NCBI RefSeq assembly: GCF_964355755.1
Contig: NC_092673.1
Location: 22,069,648 to 22,133,647, forward strand
Source: Antedon mediterranea
Taxonomy: Eukaryota > Animalia > Echinodermata
Direction of reading: 5' to 3'
DNA: 64,000 nucleotides
Shown here: one piece after another, positions 1 through 15,300 of the stretch
How positions within the stretch are numbered: position 1 is the first letter of the stretch
How the letters are laid out: the number at the start of each line of letters is the position of its first letter
The notes under the pieces: model-generated
Seen by the model: only the letters and a program-made list of their open reading frames with translations
Databases searched by the model: none
Told to the model about the DNA's origin: nothing
Program-made: the position numbers and the translations under genes

Positions 1-430
1 AGATTATTCAGTAGATAAGCTGCATAATTAAATAATAGTAGTTCATTGCACACGTAACCAATACATTATTAAACTTTAAAAATGGGCATAACATTACAGT
101 ATTATCTGATCCTAAAATATGAATATGTATAATTTAGGTAATTTCATCGTAACCAGCTTCCAAATTTATCACTTTTGAGTGTGCCTATTATAAGGGGACA
201 ATATTCTGTCACAAAAACAACAAAAAAAGACCAAACCAAGGAATTAAAATATTATATTCATTTTTGTATTAATACAAAACTGGATATGATAATAATTGTA
301 CTTTGCTGGCTTGACAGTTTTCATTGGTGAAACGTTGGCTGCTAAAATTTTATTTCTCAATTTTTGGAGTCCAGATCAATTATTATTAGTGTTTATTTTT
401 TGGGTCAATTTGTTGGGGCTTCATTGTAAT

Positions 431-457
431 CATGGAGGTATAAAAAAGACCTCCATT
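431..457. mobile_element. Tiny P-element-like remnant/footprint (two TIR ends only)
   Basis: catggaggt...acctccatt inverted ends flanked by a 7-bp direct repeat ttgtaat (424-430, 458-464). Confidence 0.55.
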
Positions 458-742
458 TTGTAATTAACATTGGATACTTTACTACTATCTAACTAGGGCC
501 TACAGATAGGCTAATTTAGTAATATTACTGTATTCTAGTACTAGTAACCTAGAACAGAGGAACTAGCCTATCTAAGGCTAGGCTAGTAGTAGTAGTAGGC
601 CGCTGCCTAATAGTAATATAAAATAAATTATATAATAAATAGGCTAGCCGATAGCTTACCGCCTAGCCCCTCCTCTCTAGCATTTTTAGTCATGTTTAAT
701 ATCCTATACAGTACTGTATACATAATTAATTGTGTTAATTAA

Positions 743-1368
743 AGACCCCTTCCCTGCAATTTTTGACGTTTTTTGGAAAATAATACATATATATCACTTT
801 AAAAACATTAAACCATGTCATTTCTTGTCTTAAATGTACGTTTTATGGTAAATTATGATAAAAAGTGAGAAACAATGCACTACCTAAGTAGCTCGCGGCG
901 ATCGACCTCTCGTGGACGGTCTTAGGCCTAGCCTAGCTAGGCTTAGTTTTGTAGGCCTAGCTGGTAAACATCGGTAACGTACGAACATCGTACGCGAGCT
1001 ATATACCTAGCCTGACGTTGTATAGTTGCTGCATTAATTGTCTTTCTATTTTTGCCAGACTCCGTTGATACAAATTGGGGAAAACCCGGTATTTTCGCTG
1101 AAAAGTTAGGAGTCTTTCATTTGTTTTGGCCTCACGATCGATCGAAAAGTGGGCGAATTACAGGTGAAAAACAAAAATATCAATCCGCGCGCAATGCATT
1201 TTGGGATTTATAGCGGGCCGCTATAATTATTAGAATCGACTTATTTTTCACATTTTTAACCGTTTAAAGACGAAAAAAGTTATCGCAATAGGACCATATA
1301 GTATTATTTTTACATTAAATATAGTTTGTGATCTTAAATTATATCTAAAAAACGTAGGGAATGGGGCT
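743..1368. mobile_element. Non-autonomous TTAA DNA transposon (Kolobok-like MITE), ~626 bp
   Basis: TTAA at 739-742 and 1369-1372; AG...CT termini; imperfect TIR agacccct-tccctgc versus gtagggaatggggct. Confidence 0.6.
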
Positions 1369-2745
1369 TTAATGTTGTTCAATTAATTTAATAAAAAATA
1401 TTTTAATTAAGTTACGCTCCATTCATATTCGTCTGGGCTTATTAAAGTTATTAATTTACACACATAAAATACCTAAAACAATATATTGTGTATTATACGC
1501 TAGGCCAAATTATTAATTTTTTCTTTGTCAGCACCGACCATCCTGGCCGCGACCAGATTGCTAGCCTAGAGAACCTCCGTCCAACCCGGTCCGTCGTTGG
1601 AGTGAACCCGTGCGTAGGCCTACTGTTTACTGGATACCTACCTACCAATTCAATTGACCGACGAATAAGCAGCGTGTTCTTGTGTTTGGTGACGTTCATA
1701 TTCATGAAGTATCAGGCCTATTTAATAAATCCTTTCTTAGCCAAAATACACATCTTCTACGTCGTATTATTAGGAGACGAAGTAACTTAAAATCGGCACA
1801 GTTTGACGATGCCTAAAAAACACGCGGGTTTCCAGGATGTACTGTATGTGTGTTCACTTTGTGTTTACACTACACTACTATTATCACGTTCGCGCCTTTC
1901 TTGGCACTCATTCAAGAAAACGTCAAAAGAATAGTGAAGTGCGCAGCCGTAAGAATGATTAGTAATTTAGTAATGCGCATGTCCAACTGTGCATGTGAAG
2001 TAATTCGCTGTGCATGTGAACATCACACAATGAACACTTAACTTATTTTTTCATGTTTTTTATTGCATTATCACTCACTTATTGTCGCGTCGTATTCATA
2101 GTAGGCCCATATACACATTTTTTTGCCTTAAAAATAACTTAGCGCTAGTAAGTCAATGTCTGTCCGTAAATAAGTAGACGACTTCAGAGAAGAAAAATAA
2201 CGCGAATCGAAAGCCTTTGTGAAGAGGCCTATTGTTTGTGAGAACATGCGGACCAATCAGAACTCATAATTATTTGGCGCGAATAATGCGCTAATGTAAA
2301 CGAATTTTAAGCCTATACTTTTGTATATTATTTGCACAATAAATAAATAAATAAATAAATTAAGTTTAACAGGAAAATACGCATGTGTACAGTATAAATT
2401 CCTATTTCGCGTGTCAACCAGATGTGTCTAAAAGTGCGGGAAGAATTGCGAAATTACCTTTTTTCAATCAGACAATCCACTGGCGGCAACTCATTTCATG
2501 AGCTGTGAAATGTTTCTATTCGCAAAAAGTAGAAAAAAATAACAGTAGGCTACTAACTTTCGTCGCAGAAAAGAAATTTGAAAAATGAATAGGCAGGTAA
2601 AATCATTCTATTTCCCCCTCCACTTTTTGTTTGCAGTATCTTCAACATCCACATGATAAACAAGAAAAGTATCGAGGCTGCCGCTAATATTCTGCAGATG
2701 AATATGGAAGGAAAGTTAGGCCTATACTTTTAATTTAAAGTTTAT

Positions 2746-3285
2746 TTATTTCTTTTCTACTAATAGCTCTAAATTGATCATAATGTTGATGACAGTATTC
2801 CCAGATTCCCAAAGTTTTTCTGGAAGTGAATTATGAAAAGCGATTCTTGCCTCTTCAGCACTTTTACCACTTTCCTTGTCCAATCGCATCATCACTTCCA
2901 ATGGGTTTGATATATTTAGATAGGCTTTCTTAATTATGGCGAAGACGTTCTCTAAAGACGACTTCCATTCTAACTTTGTCTTAAGATTTCTCCATTTTTC
3001 ACCAGCATGTTCTAACCTCATTTGGCTATCATTCTCCGGATAGTCGATCAAAGATTCCATATCGGATATTGTGCGCGGGAAGATGTGTGGTTTTATGAGA
3101 TTTTCTGGCAGAACCTCTTGGAAGATCTTTGACTCGAGTTTGTAGACAGCTTGACCAGCAAGCATGGCCCATTTCTCCCTTTCACGTTTCTTGTTTTCTT
3201 CATCTGTTAGTTGAGTTCGGACATTTTTGCTCATTTCCACTCGAGAAGAAGTATCACTTGCCTCCTCTTCAGATGAACTTTCCAT
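2746..3285 (-). CDS. Uncharacterised ~179-aa helical protein (possibly degenerate HEPN-like); may be the last exon of a spliced gene
   Basis: Open 186-codon frame with protein-like composition; splice acceptor (ccacacag) at 3288-3290, 2 nt before the ATG at 3285. Confidence 0.55.
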   Translation of the reverse strand: MESSSEEEASDTSSRVEMSKNVRTQLTDEENKKREREKWAMLAGQAVYKLESKIFQEVLPENLIKPHIFPRTISDMESLIDYPENDSQMRLEHAGEKWRNLKTKLEWKSSLENVFAIIKKAYLNISNPLEVMMRLDKESGKSAEEARIAFHNSLPEKLWESGNTVINIMINLELLVEKK

Positions 3286-6200
3286 AGCTGTGTGGAGAAT
3301 AATCATAAAAAGATCGGATAGGTTAATAGCATGACGTTATTCGGAGTGAGAAGGGATACATTTATTCACCTCCTACCGGTAATTAAGATACCTTTCTGAC
3401 GTCAACAACGCGAAGAAGACTAATTTAGGCTACACATACAACAGCATGCTGCTGCTACAAGTTCAGTAGGCCTACATTTATAAGCCGACGGAGCAATACT
3501 TTATGCATTTGTTTATAAACGAAGAATTGATTAGGTCTGAACTAAATAATAAGGAAATGAAATGAAGAAAAAAAAAAATAATAATGTGCAACGGAATTAA
3601 AAAGACAAAAGGCTGAAAATATGTTTGATGACGTTGAGCGATGATTAAGTTGTGAAACTCTAAGCACAGAGGGGCACTTATTGTTCATGTTATTTTAAAT
3701 TCAAGCCGCATTCCACTTTATGGTAGGCCTATCATTCTTTAAAAGCGGTAGGCCACTTTCGCGAAATAAATGCATAAATCATGTATTACATGATTACATT
3801 TATTATAAAAGTCGGACGATTGTTATATAAAATGTATGGAATTTAGATTGGGTTCAAACTTAGATGGTAGAACTGTTAAATTGCAGTTTCGTTGATTACA
3901 CGAACATTTTCAAGTGTCTACGGTAACAATGACTTTTATTTTATTCCCCCGGAAGAACCCACCCGATTCTGTAGCTGTTAGTACACTCAACGTGGAAGAC
4001 TGTGAAGAACCTGTTGTCTTGACGAACTAGAAACGTCTCAAAGTTTTGTGATGGTTACACAAGGGGTTCAAGCGGGAGTTCAAGTTCAAGTCATTGTTTC
4101 GGTAAAGTATTGCGCACGATATTAAACTAATGGAATTATTATACCGAACAATGACTTATTAATTATATCAAAATAATTATTATTAATAAAAGACAAACGA
4201 CTGTTGGTTTTTATGAGTCATTTGTACCTCCTACGTCTAAATCATGAGTCAATTATCGGCGAAATATTAAATGATTCGCATAGGCATACTTTTCAATAAT
4301 TACCTCCACCCAAAACTCGATGGTGAGACTGGAGTACTGAACTAAACGTAATAACAATTTTGTCCGGATGTAATGTTATGAGCCACCATACAGATCTCTA
4401 TGGGGCCACAAAAAAGCCCACAAAACTGCATATAATTCTAATTAACTTTCTATGCGTGACATTGTAAGATAGGATGAGATCTATCTAAACGAATAAAAAA
4501 GAAAAAATTAAAAACCCTTTCATAACATTAGCATTATGTTATGGTAAGATAAGTCGTAAAGTGTTAACATAAATCTTCCCAATAATAAAATGAACCATAA
4601 ATTACTGGCTTTGGGCTGTTTAATAGAGACCTTAATGTATTATAGGCCTATTGTTTTGGTTATATAAACGTGGCATAGCCAATCCAACACATTTTAGTCT
4701 AGGCTATCAGAAAGTTTTTGTTGGGCCCCATAGAGCGTTCGTAATTGAGAAGTTTGTCCTTATAATTTCAATGAAGAAATAAGAATCGATTCTTCATGAA
4801 CCTACTTGTTACAACTTTTTTGTTAGTTAAGAAAGATTGGATTACGTTGCCAAACAAAACGACTTTTGAAAAGAATACTGTCTCTTTAGAAAAGCATGTC
4901 GCATAGGCTTAGTACAATGGATTATCGATCACTACATTGTTTGTACTTTACTTACCAATGAGTATTTAGATCATCTTAGAATAAATAATAAGAAAAACAT
5001 GATGCGGACCTTTTCTTCTTCAGAGAAAAGAACCGCATTATTTTTGTGTACCGTTGCTATGTTACAATTATAAACACTCGGATCTCCTGGGCAGCACTTG
5101 CCAACGGAAGTAAACGCGCCAAATTGTGCGTGTCTAGACGCTTTTCCGGAAATGCGTGCGCGTTGATTATGTGATACGCGAATACGCATCTGATAAAGAT
5201 ATTTTTTCAATGTTTTCTTGTGCAATTCTACGTCAGTGGCCCTGTAATATGTGTTAATTTACGATACAGTAATTTTTTATTACTTTTATTGTTTTTGAAT
5301 GGTCTTGAAAAATATTTATTATAAAATTAATAATTTGAATTGATAATTCCAGGACAATTTAAATATAAATAGATAATCTTTATTTATTCAAAATGGGCTC
5401 TTTTTATTATCAAAATTAAAGTGTTTTTTAATGAAATTACAAAAAACTATTCTACTATATAAACATAGCTATTCTATGCACAATGAATGTAAATAGTATA
5501 GAGGCTACAATTTATTTTTACAATATATATACTGTAGTATATTCTGAGATGGTCCCATAATCATACACTAACATAATAAGTTATTTAAACATTTTACTGT
5601 ATATACATATTATACTTAATATGTATATATAATTCCTTTAGGTGGGTTATAGTTTATTTTTAAAAAAACACAATAAAAATGTCATTGAGTAAATAGCTGA
5701 GAGTGATTGAATAATATGTACTGTTATTAATGTGTATTAATCACCAGTAATGATAATAATAATAATCAATATCCTGAATCATACCAATTTCTGTCATCAA
5801 ATGCTATATGTATTTGCTTGTTTATTCTGATTCTATCTAAACCATGTTTTCAATCATCATTTCATTATTCTAACGGTGTAACAAGATGAACTTGAAATAG
5901 GTAATTCAATAGTCTTTAAATAGCAGCCTGCTTCTCATTTACTTACTACCTACTACTTATAATAGAATATAATCACATACTTAATTATAATCTTACCACA
6001 TAATTTAGGCTAAATTCAGAAACAAGTAATTAGATTTGGTAAATCCACTGTTAATGCTATTTGCTCTATCTTTTATACACAGGCGCCCCTGGGACTATGC
6101 TTGGTCAAGTACATATAATGTTACGAGGTTAAAGATGAAAATAGAACATTTCATCTTTGACCAAATGAAATCATTTGTGTATCATGGCATGAAGATAAAA

Positions 6201-6355
6201 CATTCATTATTTGTATAATATGACCGAGTATACACACCTTAATGAGAGGCTAGGGCAAGGCCTAAACCATTCGAGAAAGCAGTATTTTTTATGTTTTTGA
6301 GGACAACATCTTTACGGGAAGTGGGTTGGTAATAATTACAAGTGATTGCCTTTGA

Positions 6356-9300
6356 TCACCTATTTTGTACATAAGGCAGAAACAGCCTTTTAACCGCTTC
6401 CTCTTCTCTAATCTTTACATCATCAAGCCGGCTGTTGAACACAAAGTGAGCGTAATCTCTACGTTGTTGTATAGCCTGTACACTTAGCGTTATCTCAGAG
6501 TTGACAGGAACCCGTTCACACGACGGTGTACGCCCAGGCAACACTTTGATGACTTGTTGTTTTTCCTTAGGTGTGCAGTTGGACATCAGTGACTCATTAG
6601 CTTGTGGTTGAATACATGTATTATGTAATTTGTTAACTTCGTAAGTCTGCCTATTGAATGTTGCATACGTATTGGTCAAACTATTACAAAATTATTGAAA
6701 TTATGATTATAATAAATTATGATAAATAATATATTCTATTATTTTTATTATAAAAAGATTACAAGGCTACAAATTCGAATAAAATAAAAGATGGGTAACT
6801 TTAAATAATGAGGCAGGACTTCAAAGAAGCATTTAATGTTAATTTTTAAGCATGAACATGTGTTCTGATTCTTTAATAACCACAACTTTAGAAATCAGAC
6901 TATAAATCACCTACTGTATAATCAGATTATTTACATAGATGTTACACCCGAATAACAAGCACCTAACACTATCTTATCTGTATATATTTTAGTCTTCATA
7001 TATTACAACCATGCATTTCAATAAGTCAACAACTGAAAATCAATATTTATAATACCCTGATAGTGCTATGTTGTTAGACTTAAGGCTATCTTTGTGAATA
7101 AACCAGTTTACCCTTGATATCTTGTAAGTGTCATGTATAGAATATTTGTTTAGAAGTTACATACTAGTTGCATCATAAAGGTCATATAAAAACAGTACAA
7201 TGTCAATAATTAGGTGGAAATATTACAACTTTATTTTATTAGTACAACTGTACAATTATCATGATATACTGTTTGTCACATACGTCACATAATAGGATCA
7301 ACGTTCACGAAAGAAAATGAGCAACAGTTGGTTCGAAATCACAACAATTATAAGATTCCACTTTAGTAATTTCAGCAAAACCACGGAGGTATAGTTATTA
7401 TACCTCTATGGCCAAACAAATCTTTAACTATATTATCATATTTTATGAAATTTGTTATATGTGACAAGCAAGACAAATTTTGAGCCAGAGTGCTTGACGA
7501 AATAAAATAATTGAATTGAAGACCAAAAAAAAAGGTAATTGAACACTGTTGTTGCCGAGTAACAAGGGATGTCACATGGTATTGTGATGTCAGCACCGTG
7601 ATACTCTATCCTTAAAATATACTACTGTATATAAACCTTAATCTTACCTTTTTGCCAAATCAACCTTTGTTTTAGTTTCTTCTTGAGTTATTCTTTGGCT
7701 CCACCATGGTGTAGAGAACGTCATCTTATTACCTGGAAAAACTACCGGGTTCAGTGATGGTAATCTGTTTTTCTTTGGAGGGGGAACAGGTTTCGGGGGT
7801 GGTAAGCCTATGTATTTAGGGTCCAATCGGTTAAGTAAGGCACTTCCTTTCTTTCCTAAGATGGCACAGATACATTTCATGGAAGCTGTTAGCAGTGATC
7901 TGGAAAAAAAAAATTAATGTTTCAACTTTACAAAATATTTAAACCTTTCAATTTTAGTATCAACATCAGTATATGATCATATTCAATAACATTTTTTATG
8001 TGCCTGTTTTTGAATAAATGTTTAATTGATTTTACTAAATGAAAATTGTTGTTGATAAAATGATTTTTATGAAATAAAACTGTAAAGACTGAAAAAAAAA
8101 AAAATTTAAGAACTAATACAGTTGTGTTGTTAAGTTTATTAGTTTTAGCCTTTTATTGGATGGGAAATTTTACCACAGAAACTTTACATACTTTACCTTA
8201 GATCATTGTTCACACCGTAAAATTAGCCACTGGCCTTGATTAATTTAAGCAAAGGAATTGTAGCCAGCGTATTGGACTTTTTTTTTGTCAATTAAGTCAG
8301 TCGGACTTCGTTAATTTGACCAAATTAAGTCCAATTCGATCAAAGCTTAGATTAATTAATGCGTCGGCAGACATTAGGGAGCTTTTGCAGGAGCATGTAA
8401 ATGTTAACTTTAAAGGATGACATCAACATTCTACTCATTTGCATAACAGCGTAGTTCAGTCATGAGTTGTGCAACGCATGTGTCGTGCACATAACATACG
8501 CCACTCACATTTTTTTAAATACTGTCAACTCACTTGTTTTTAAAATTATTCTTAAATAGGATAAGTCTTCCAACTTCTTGTAGGCCTATTGACAAAAGGA
8601 ACGTTCTTGTGACGTGATTTGTCCAAAGCATGCTGACTAGATGATCAGACTTCTTCAGTTGAAGTTCAGGGGCATGTTTCATCAAACATAACTGCAATTA
8701 GCAAAAAAAAAGAATACTGAGATGTTATTAAACTACACCTAGTCTAGGTCCTGAGGTAAAGGTGTCCGATGATTCGTCAATCATTTTGAGTGCTAGGTAT
8801 TGAAATTCATGGTGCGCCACTTCCGTCATAATTTGTTCAATGTAACCAAGCTAGGCTCAGTAGAAACAGAACATAACAATCTTATTTGTTATATTAAAAT
8901 GATCATTTTGTAAAATTAAAATTTGGTATATTAATATTAAGATTTGTTTGATGCTATTTCAGCTGTGGTCCGCAATGATCAAATATGTGGCAATTCTATA
9001 ATAGATAACCAATATCAAAGTAAACAAATTGCTGATAATTCACTGAGGGTGTATGACAGGAAGATTTACACATATGAGATATGAATTGTAGACAGAACCA
9101 GTTTGTTCAATCCTCTATCAAATTTTGCTCAATAAGACTGATATTTAACACTATAGTTCGGATGACAAACATATGGATATTTAAGCTAAATATGGCGCCT
9201 TTTCCACAGTCCAAATGTTGCAATATTGGTATTGTAATAGATTATACAGATGATAAACATATGGATAATTTATAAAGTGTAAAGTAAATAAAGCAATGTG

Positions 9301-12300
9301 TAGCTTATATACGATTGTCAGTTTACTGGTTTAAAAAGAAATGTTATACAATTATAATTTATTCATGGCGGAATTATTTCCTAATGATTTATTCAACTTC
9401 TGTTGAAAAAATCTACACATTTCATAATGACAATGATGGGTGAAGCCAAGTTTAACAAGGGGTTCTGTTTCTTTTATCTGTTTTTAGGTCATTTTAATAT
9501 TCATTTTTTTCTTTTCATTTTATGCATGACATAACAATTTTTACGACTTAAAAGTAGTAAAATAAAACATATGACATATAAACAGATATAAAGTGTCACT
9601 CCACACTGAATATTATTCAAGCGTTCTTCATTCTTTTTAGCATGTTATCTGTCATGGATCAGGAGGGTGCTATAGAAATATTGTTTTTTAAGTTGGAATA
9701 GCATAAAAAACACACATAATTTGAATTACTAATCTTATACTGCACTTATAATGCGCAATTAAATCTTATTTCTATATTTAACATGACAGGTAGTGTTATT
9801 AGCATGCTTTGGTTTTGTGTTACATGCTTTGAAGATCGGACGGCCTGGCCAGGTCTTTGAGAAAAGGGTTTGATGCATTTTAATTAGGAATTGTTTGCTG
9901 GAAATATTAGCAGGCTTATCATGATTACCATCAGTAATAATCACAGTCTGACATTTAGTATTAAATTATGTGAAGAACAAGTACTATACATTATTCCGTA
10001 GACAATTTCAAGTTTTATTTCATTTTAAAGTGAATAGATTCTTTCTAAGAATAGGCTGATAAAGTATATGACATCAAAAGTAATATGGGATGAATATAAA
10101 TTGTAAATCACATTTTAATTTTTGTTAAATTAAATATAACCAAAGAATATATATCACAAGAATGAGTATTCCGCGATTTTTGCATGAGAAATTTGTAACA
10201 GAGAGCTCCAGTGAGTGATGCCCGCCCTCATAAGGGCGGATGTATACATACTAAATAAGACTTGATTTAATAGATATTATACATGTCACATTAAATAGAA
10301 TTATGATAATAGTTTTTGCAATTGTAAACTATTTTATAATACATATTTATTAACAAACTAGTGTACATTCACTTTTACAGACAATTTTTTACTAACATGC
10401 TAAGTTAGTTCACAAAAAAGGCCTAACACAGCAATACCAAAATCAACGAATCGTTACTCAGCACGGCCGATTCTTTACCATTGCCGTGTACTACTACTCT
10501 ACGCCCGGTAAATTAAGTATTGTTTTTATGATATAAATTAGTATAAAATACATGTTATTAATAGGACAAAATGTTAAATGTCATTAACATTTATTTGTTT
10601 TACCAGAAACAAGTTAAATATAGGAATATTATTAAACTATCCTTCGTGAAAACGCGTAAACAGCAACACGCCCGGTCACGCTATCGTAGCGCCCGGTTGA
10701 TAAAGCAAACTGTTTATACGGCAGTTTTTATTAAATAAATTGCATAAAACGAACAATTAAATATCCAAATAGTATTGTATACATCCCAGATACATCCATA
10801 CTTATGGCGGCGCCCTACCACATGGACAATATTACTGTTACAGGGAAAATCGCGGATTACTCATTCTTGTGATATATATTCTTTGATATAACCTAAATGA
10901 CAATACAGTAATTAAAACATTTAAATTTAGTACATATTTGTTAATAACATAACAAGATAAAAAAAAATATTGGTGGGTGGGGGAGGACTTAAACTTAGTT
11001 GATATGGCCTAGTTTTCTTCTTTGTACTATCCTCACACAGATTTTGTAGACTACATACACATGATTTTCATCATACAGCAAGACCACCAAATGGAATGCA
11101 AGATACTTCTTAATTATGACGGTAAAAGCAATGTAAATTGGATATGTTTATATACACGAGACAGAGACAGCTAAAAGCCAGGTTCAATAATATATCATAT
11201 CACTGAATATATTAAATTATCCAAACAAACATAAATTGCTGTATTTTAAATGTCGTTTCTATATATTGTAATTTACCTCCGCCAAGGAGGTATACATGTA
11301 GTCTGTTTGTTAGCAAGATTACTCAAAAGGATATTGCAAGAACTTTACCAAAATGAAAATACAGATAGATATGTGGTCGAGGACCCCTCCATTAAATTTT
11401 GGAGGCAAGACCAGGGTCCCAATTCTGGACCACTTTTTAGTATTATTATCAGACCGGCTAGTGTTAAAAGGTAGGACAGAATTACTTAAAGTATAAGTAA
11501 ACTGAAATTGTATTTATAGTTTTGCGATTTGTAATTTTAAAGCATAATTTGATTTAATGTACAAGTTTTTTGATACGAGTAGTTTTAAAAAACCTATTCC
11601 TTTTCGTTTGTGTTTGCCGTTGCTGTTCTGTTGTTAGTCAACTGAAGCTATTGTTAGTTGAAAGGCAATGATTACATAATCATTACACCAAACACGAATA
11701 CATGAAATTAGCCTAATCAAATACAGCATTAAGAAAAATAAAAAAGATATATATTTTTTAATTCCGGTGAAATCTTTTAAAGGAGATATTTACAGTAGGC
11801 GGAGGTTCTAGTTTTGATATATTATATTCAGTGTTTATATAAAAATACATTTGTATATGTATTCTAACCTAGATACCAAAAGAATGTGATTATATTTTTT
11901 AGTACGAACTACATTACTTACTTTGTCGCAATTATTATTTTTTAAACTTACCAAATCAAGCAGAGATGACAGATGGTTTATTTCGCTATCAAGAACTCGG
12001 GCCAGTGAATGAGCACATTCTGCACTCGCACAAACATCTAAAACATGCCAGAAACAAAATATAAAACCATAATATTCACAATATAATTTTCCTAATTATG
12101 AATTTAAGCAAGCAGTGAATTTAGATGATGGTTAAATATATTGTACATTAAATGAACATTAAAATAAATAAAAAATGTGAACACAACTTGAGAATTGTGG
12201 GGCATATGGTAAAAATTTCGAATAAAAAATAACGAAAAATTAATATTTTGTATTAAAATTTATTGTAAGTACATTGTAAATTAAATGAAAATTAAAATGA

Positions 12301-15300
12301 AATAAAAATGTGAAAACACACATCAAGAATTGTGGGGCATATGGTAACAATTTAGACTAAAAATAAAGAAAAATATTAGTTATGTGAATAAAAATCTAAA
12401 ACAATCTACAGTATTGGAGAACAAAAGAACAGATAAATGTGTTAGTACTCCACAATATTTGCAACATTAAGAGATATGAGTTGAAAGCATAAACAAATTT
12501 TGATTACATTTTCATTGCCTTTCAAAAATCCTGAAATCCACAAATAGTTGGACATTAAATTGATAAATTACATAAAATATGTAGAGTTATAACATAGAGA
12601 TATTATAGTGAACATAATATCTCTACGGGTTATAATAAATCAATACCTTATGATTCTCAGAAAAAGTCAAAATAAGATTTAAAGGTATTATAAATTGATT
12701 AAACTGTATTTATACACTAACTATAATTAAAGTATATAAACATGCAATAGAAGTGAAAATTTGTTAGTAATAAATTACAAATTCCTTCTCCACTTTAATG
12801 TTTTTCAATTAACTGTTGATAATTGGTACAAGATCAGAGTCGTTAACCTTTTCAAGAAGCAAGATGCAAATCCTATGATATGCCAACGACAGATGAGACT
12901 AGGACGTGTCATAATAAAAACAGAATGATGGCAAGTAACGAGAATGACAACTGGACCAATGACAAGCATTTGCCAACTTATTAAATTAAGATAACAAAAT
13001 CTTACATTAAATATGTAAGTTTAAAAGTAATTGTCTTTAATGAGGGTTTAATGTCATGACACGGTCAGTTTATATTAAAATAATTACATGTATAAAAACA
13101 ACATGATCATGTAAGGAGTATACAGGTGAAAATCTCAAGTAACACCAGAGCACTGTACCATTTTGGAAGAGAGGGAAATATAGAGGGCTAAAAAGCTGAT
13201 GTGGATATGACACAAATATAAACTAGAAAGACACTCCGAGAGTGCATACCTCCGCCTACTGTAAAATTCTCCTACATAAGATTTCTCCGGTAAAAAAGAA
13301 ATATATATATATATTTGTGTGTGTCTTAATGCCGTTTCTGATTTGGGCTAATTTAAATACAAGCATGTGTATGCGAGTTTGGTGTAATGGTTATGTAACA
13401 AGCTTTTCAACAACAATAGCTTCAGTTGACTAACAATAGAACAGCAACGCGAAAATCAAACAGTGAGTTTGAAAAGAAATAGGTTTTTTGAAACTACTCG
13501 CATCAAAAAACGTGCACATTAAATAAAATTATGTTTTAAAATTACAAATCAGAAATTATAAGTCTTGCCTCTTACAAAAATTAAGTTTTTTAGACAACTA
13601 GTTTTCGAGAAAATGTAATTACAGTTTACTTGTTACTTTAATACTGCTCGCCGGCTTTTGAAAAATGTTGTCCTATCTTTTAACACTAGCAGGTCTGAAA
13701 AGTATATTAAAAGTGGTCCAGAATTGGGACCGTGGTCCGAAATGGTCCCAAAATGTAATGGAATGGTCCTTGACCACATATCTATCTGTACATTCAATTT
13801 GGTAAAGACCTTGTAATTACTTTTTGAGTAATCCTGCTAACAAACAAACAGACAAACACACGCGATCGATTACATATACCTCCTTGGCGGAGGTAAATAA
13901 TAATAAATATAAATAAGTGGATAATATTATTTTTTAAATGTGTATGAATAGGTTGGAGAAGCTACAACAAAAGGCCACCCGATTCATTTCTGAACCAAGG
14001 GGTACAGAGTATGTATGTAAACTAAACATACTTGATCTTACGTTAGCTTATAGAAGAAAGAGAGCGTCTCTGATCCAAGTATTTAAAATACTGAAAGGAT
14101 TGCATAAATTGGACATTGAAACCTTTTTAATATGTCAACTATCCATTACACTAGAGGTCATTCTTTCAAACTATCAAAGCTGCCGGTCAAAACTAAATGG
14201 GGATCAAATCATTTTGGAGCAAGGGTAGTTAACAATTAGAACGCTTTGCCAAGAGTTGTTGTAGAGTCAAAGTCATTGAATCAGTTTAAGTCTAATTTGA
14301 AAGAACACTGGAAAAACCACCACCAGAAGTTTCAGCCATATGTAAGAGATTTGTAATTCCAGAGAGGCGAATAAGCAATTTGCTTTAGCCTTAATTTCAA
14401 GGTAATTCAAGGTAATAATTCAAGAGTAAAATTTATTTTTTACATTTTGAATATGTATGGTTCTCAGAAACATTGATAATTCCTCGGATAAATGCAATGC
14501 AAGGTAATGTAAGCAAACAACAATATCTTAGTCAGAGAGCGAACAGCAAAATATCACTGAACATATTCTCGGCTTGAATATGCGCAAACCATCAAAATGA
14601 CCTCATATGGCATCATTAATAGTGGACTTTAAAAAATGAATCAAAAAATGTTACTATAATGTCACTAATGATAATAATCAAATATAGGGTAGGTATCCAA
14701 AGCCATTATTCTACAAAATTATTTGCATTATGCCGTCTATCTTTAAACATAATTTATTTACAGTTACCTATCAGTGCTTCTGTAGCTTGTAGCACAGGGC
14801 CCAGAAGTTCAGAGTGATCCCATTGTGGCCAAATCACATAAGGCTCACTGGTACTGGCACCTCTGGCTTGAAAGTGGAAGCCAACCAGATGTAACAGAGG
14901 AATGGCAGCAGGAGCTTCAATGGCACATTGTGGCAGTAAACAGACAGGGAGAGTAGGAGATGATTGTGTAAAGAGATGCTGCCATTCCTTAAGTAAATCT
15001 TGTACAGCAACTATGGCATTTGGATGCTTCTGGTGATGCATGAGAAGTTTTGATAGATGGCCCTTCATCTCTGTCAACTGATTTTGTTTTACTCCTGTCA
15101 AGTAGTAAAGTAAGTTAAGTAAAGACTGATTATTAATGACATTTGCTTTCTGCCTAATCTAAAGAAAATACAAGCATATTTTATACTGATGCATTTAAAA
15201 TGTAGCTCAGCTTTTAATAACATAAATATGTTTTATCCAACTTACAAAGTAATAATTGATAATACTATATTGATAATTATTATAAATAATTTAGTCATTT

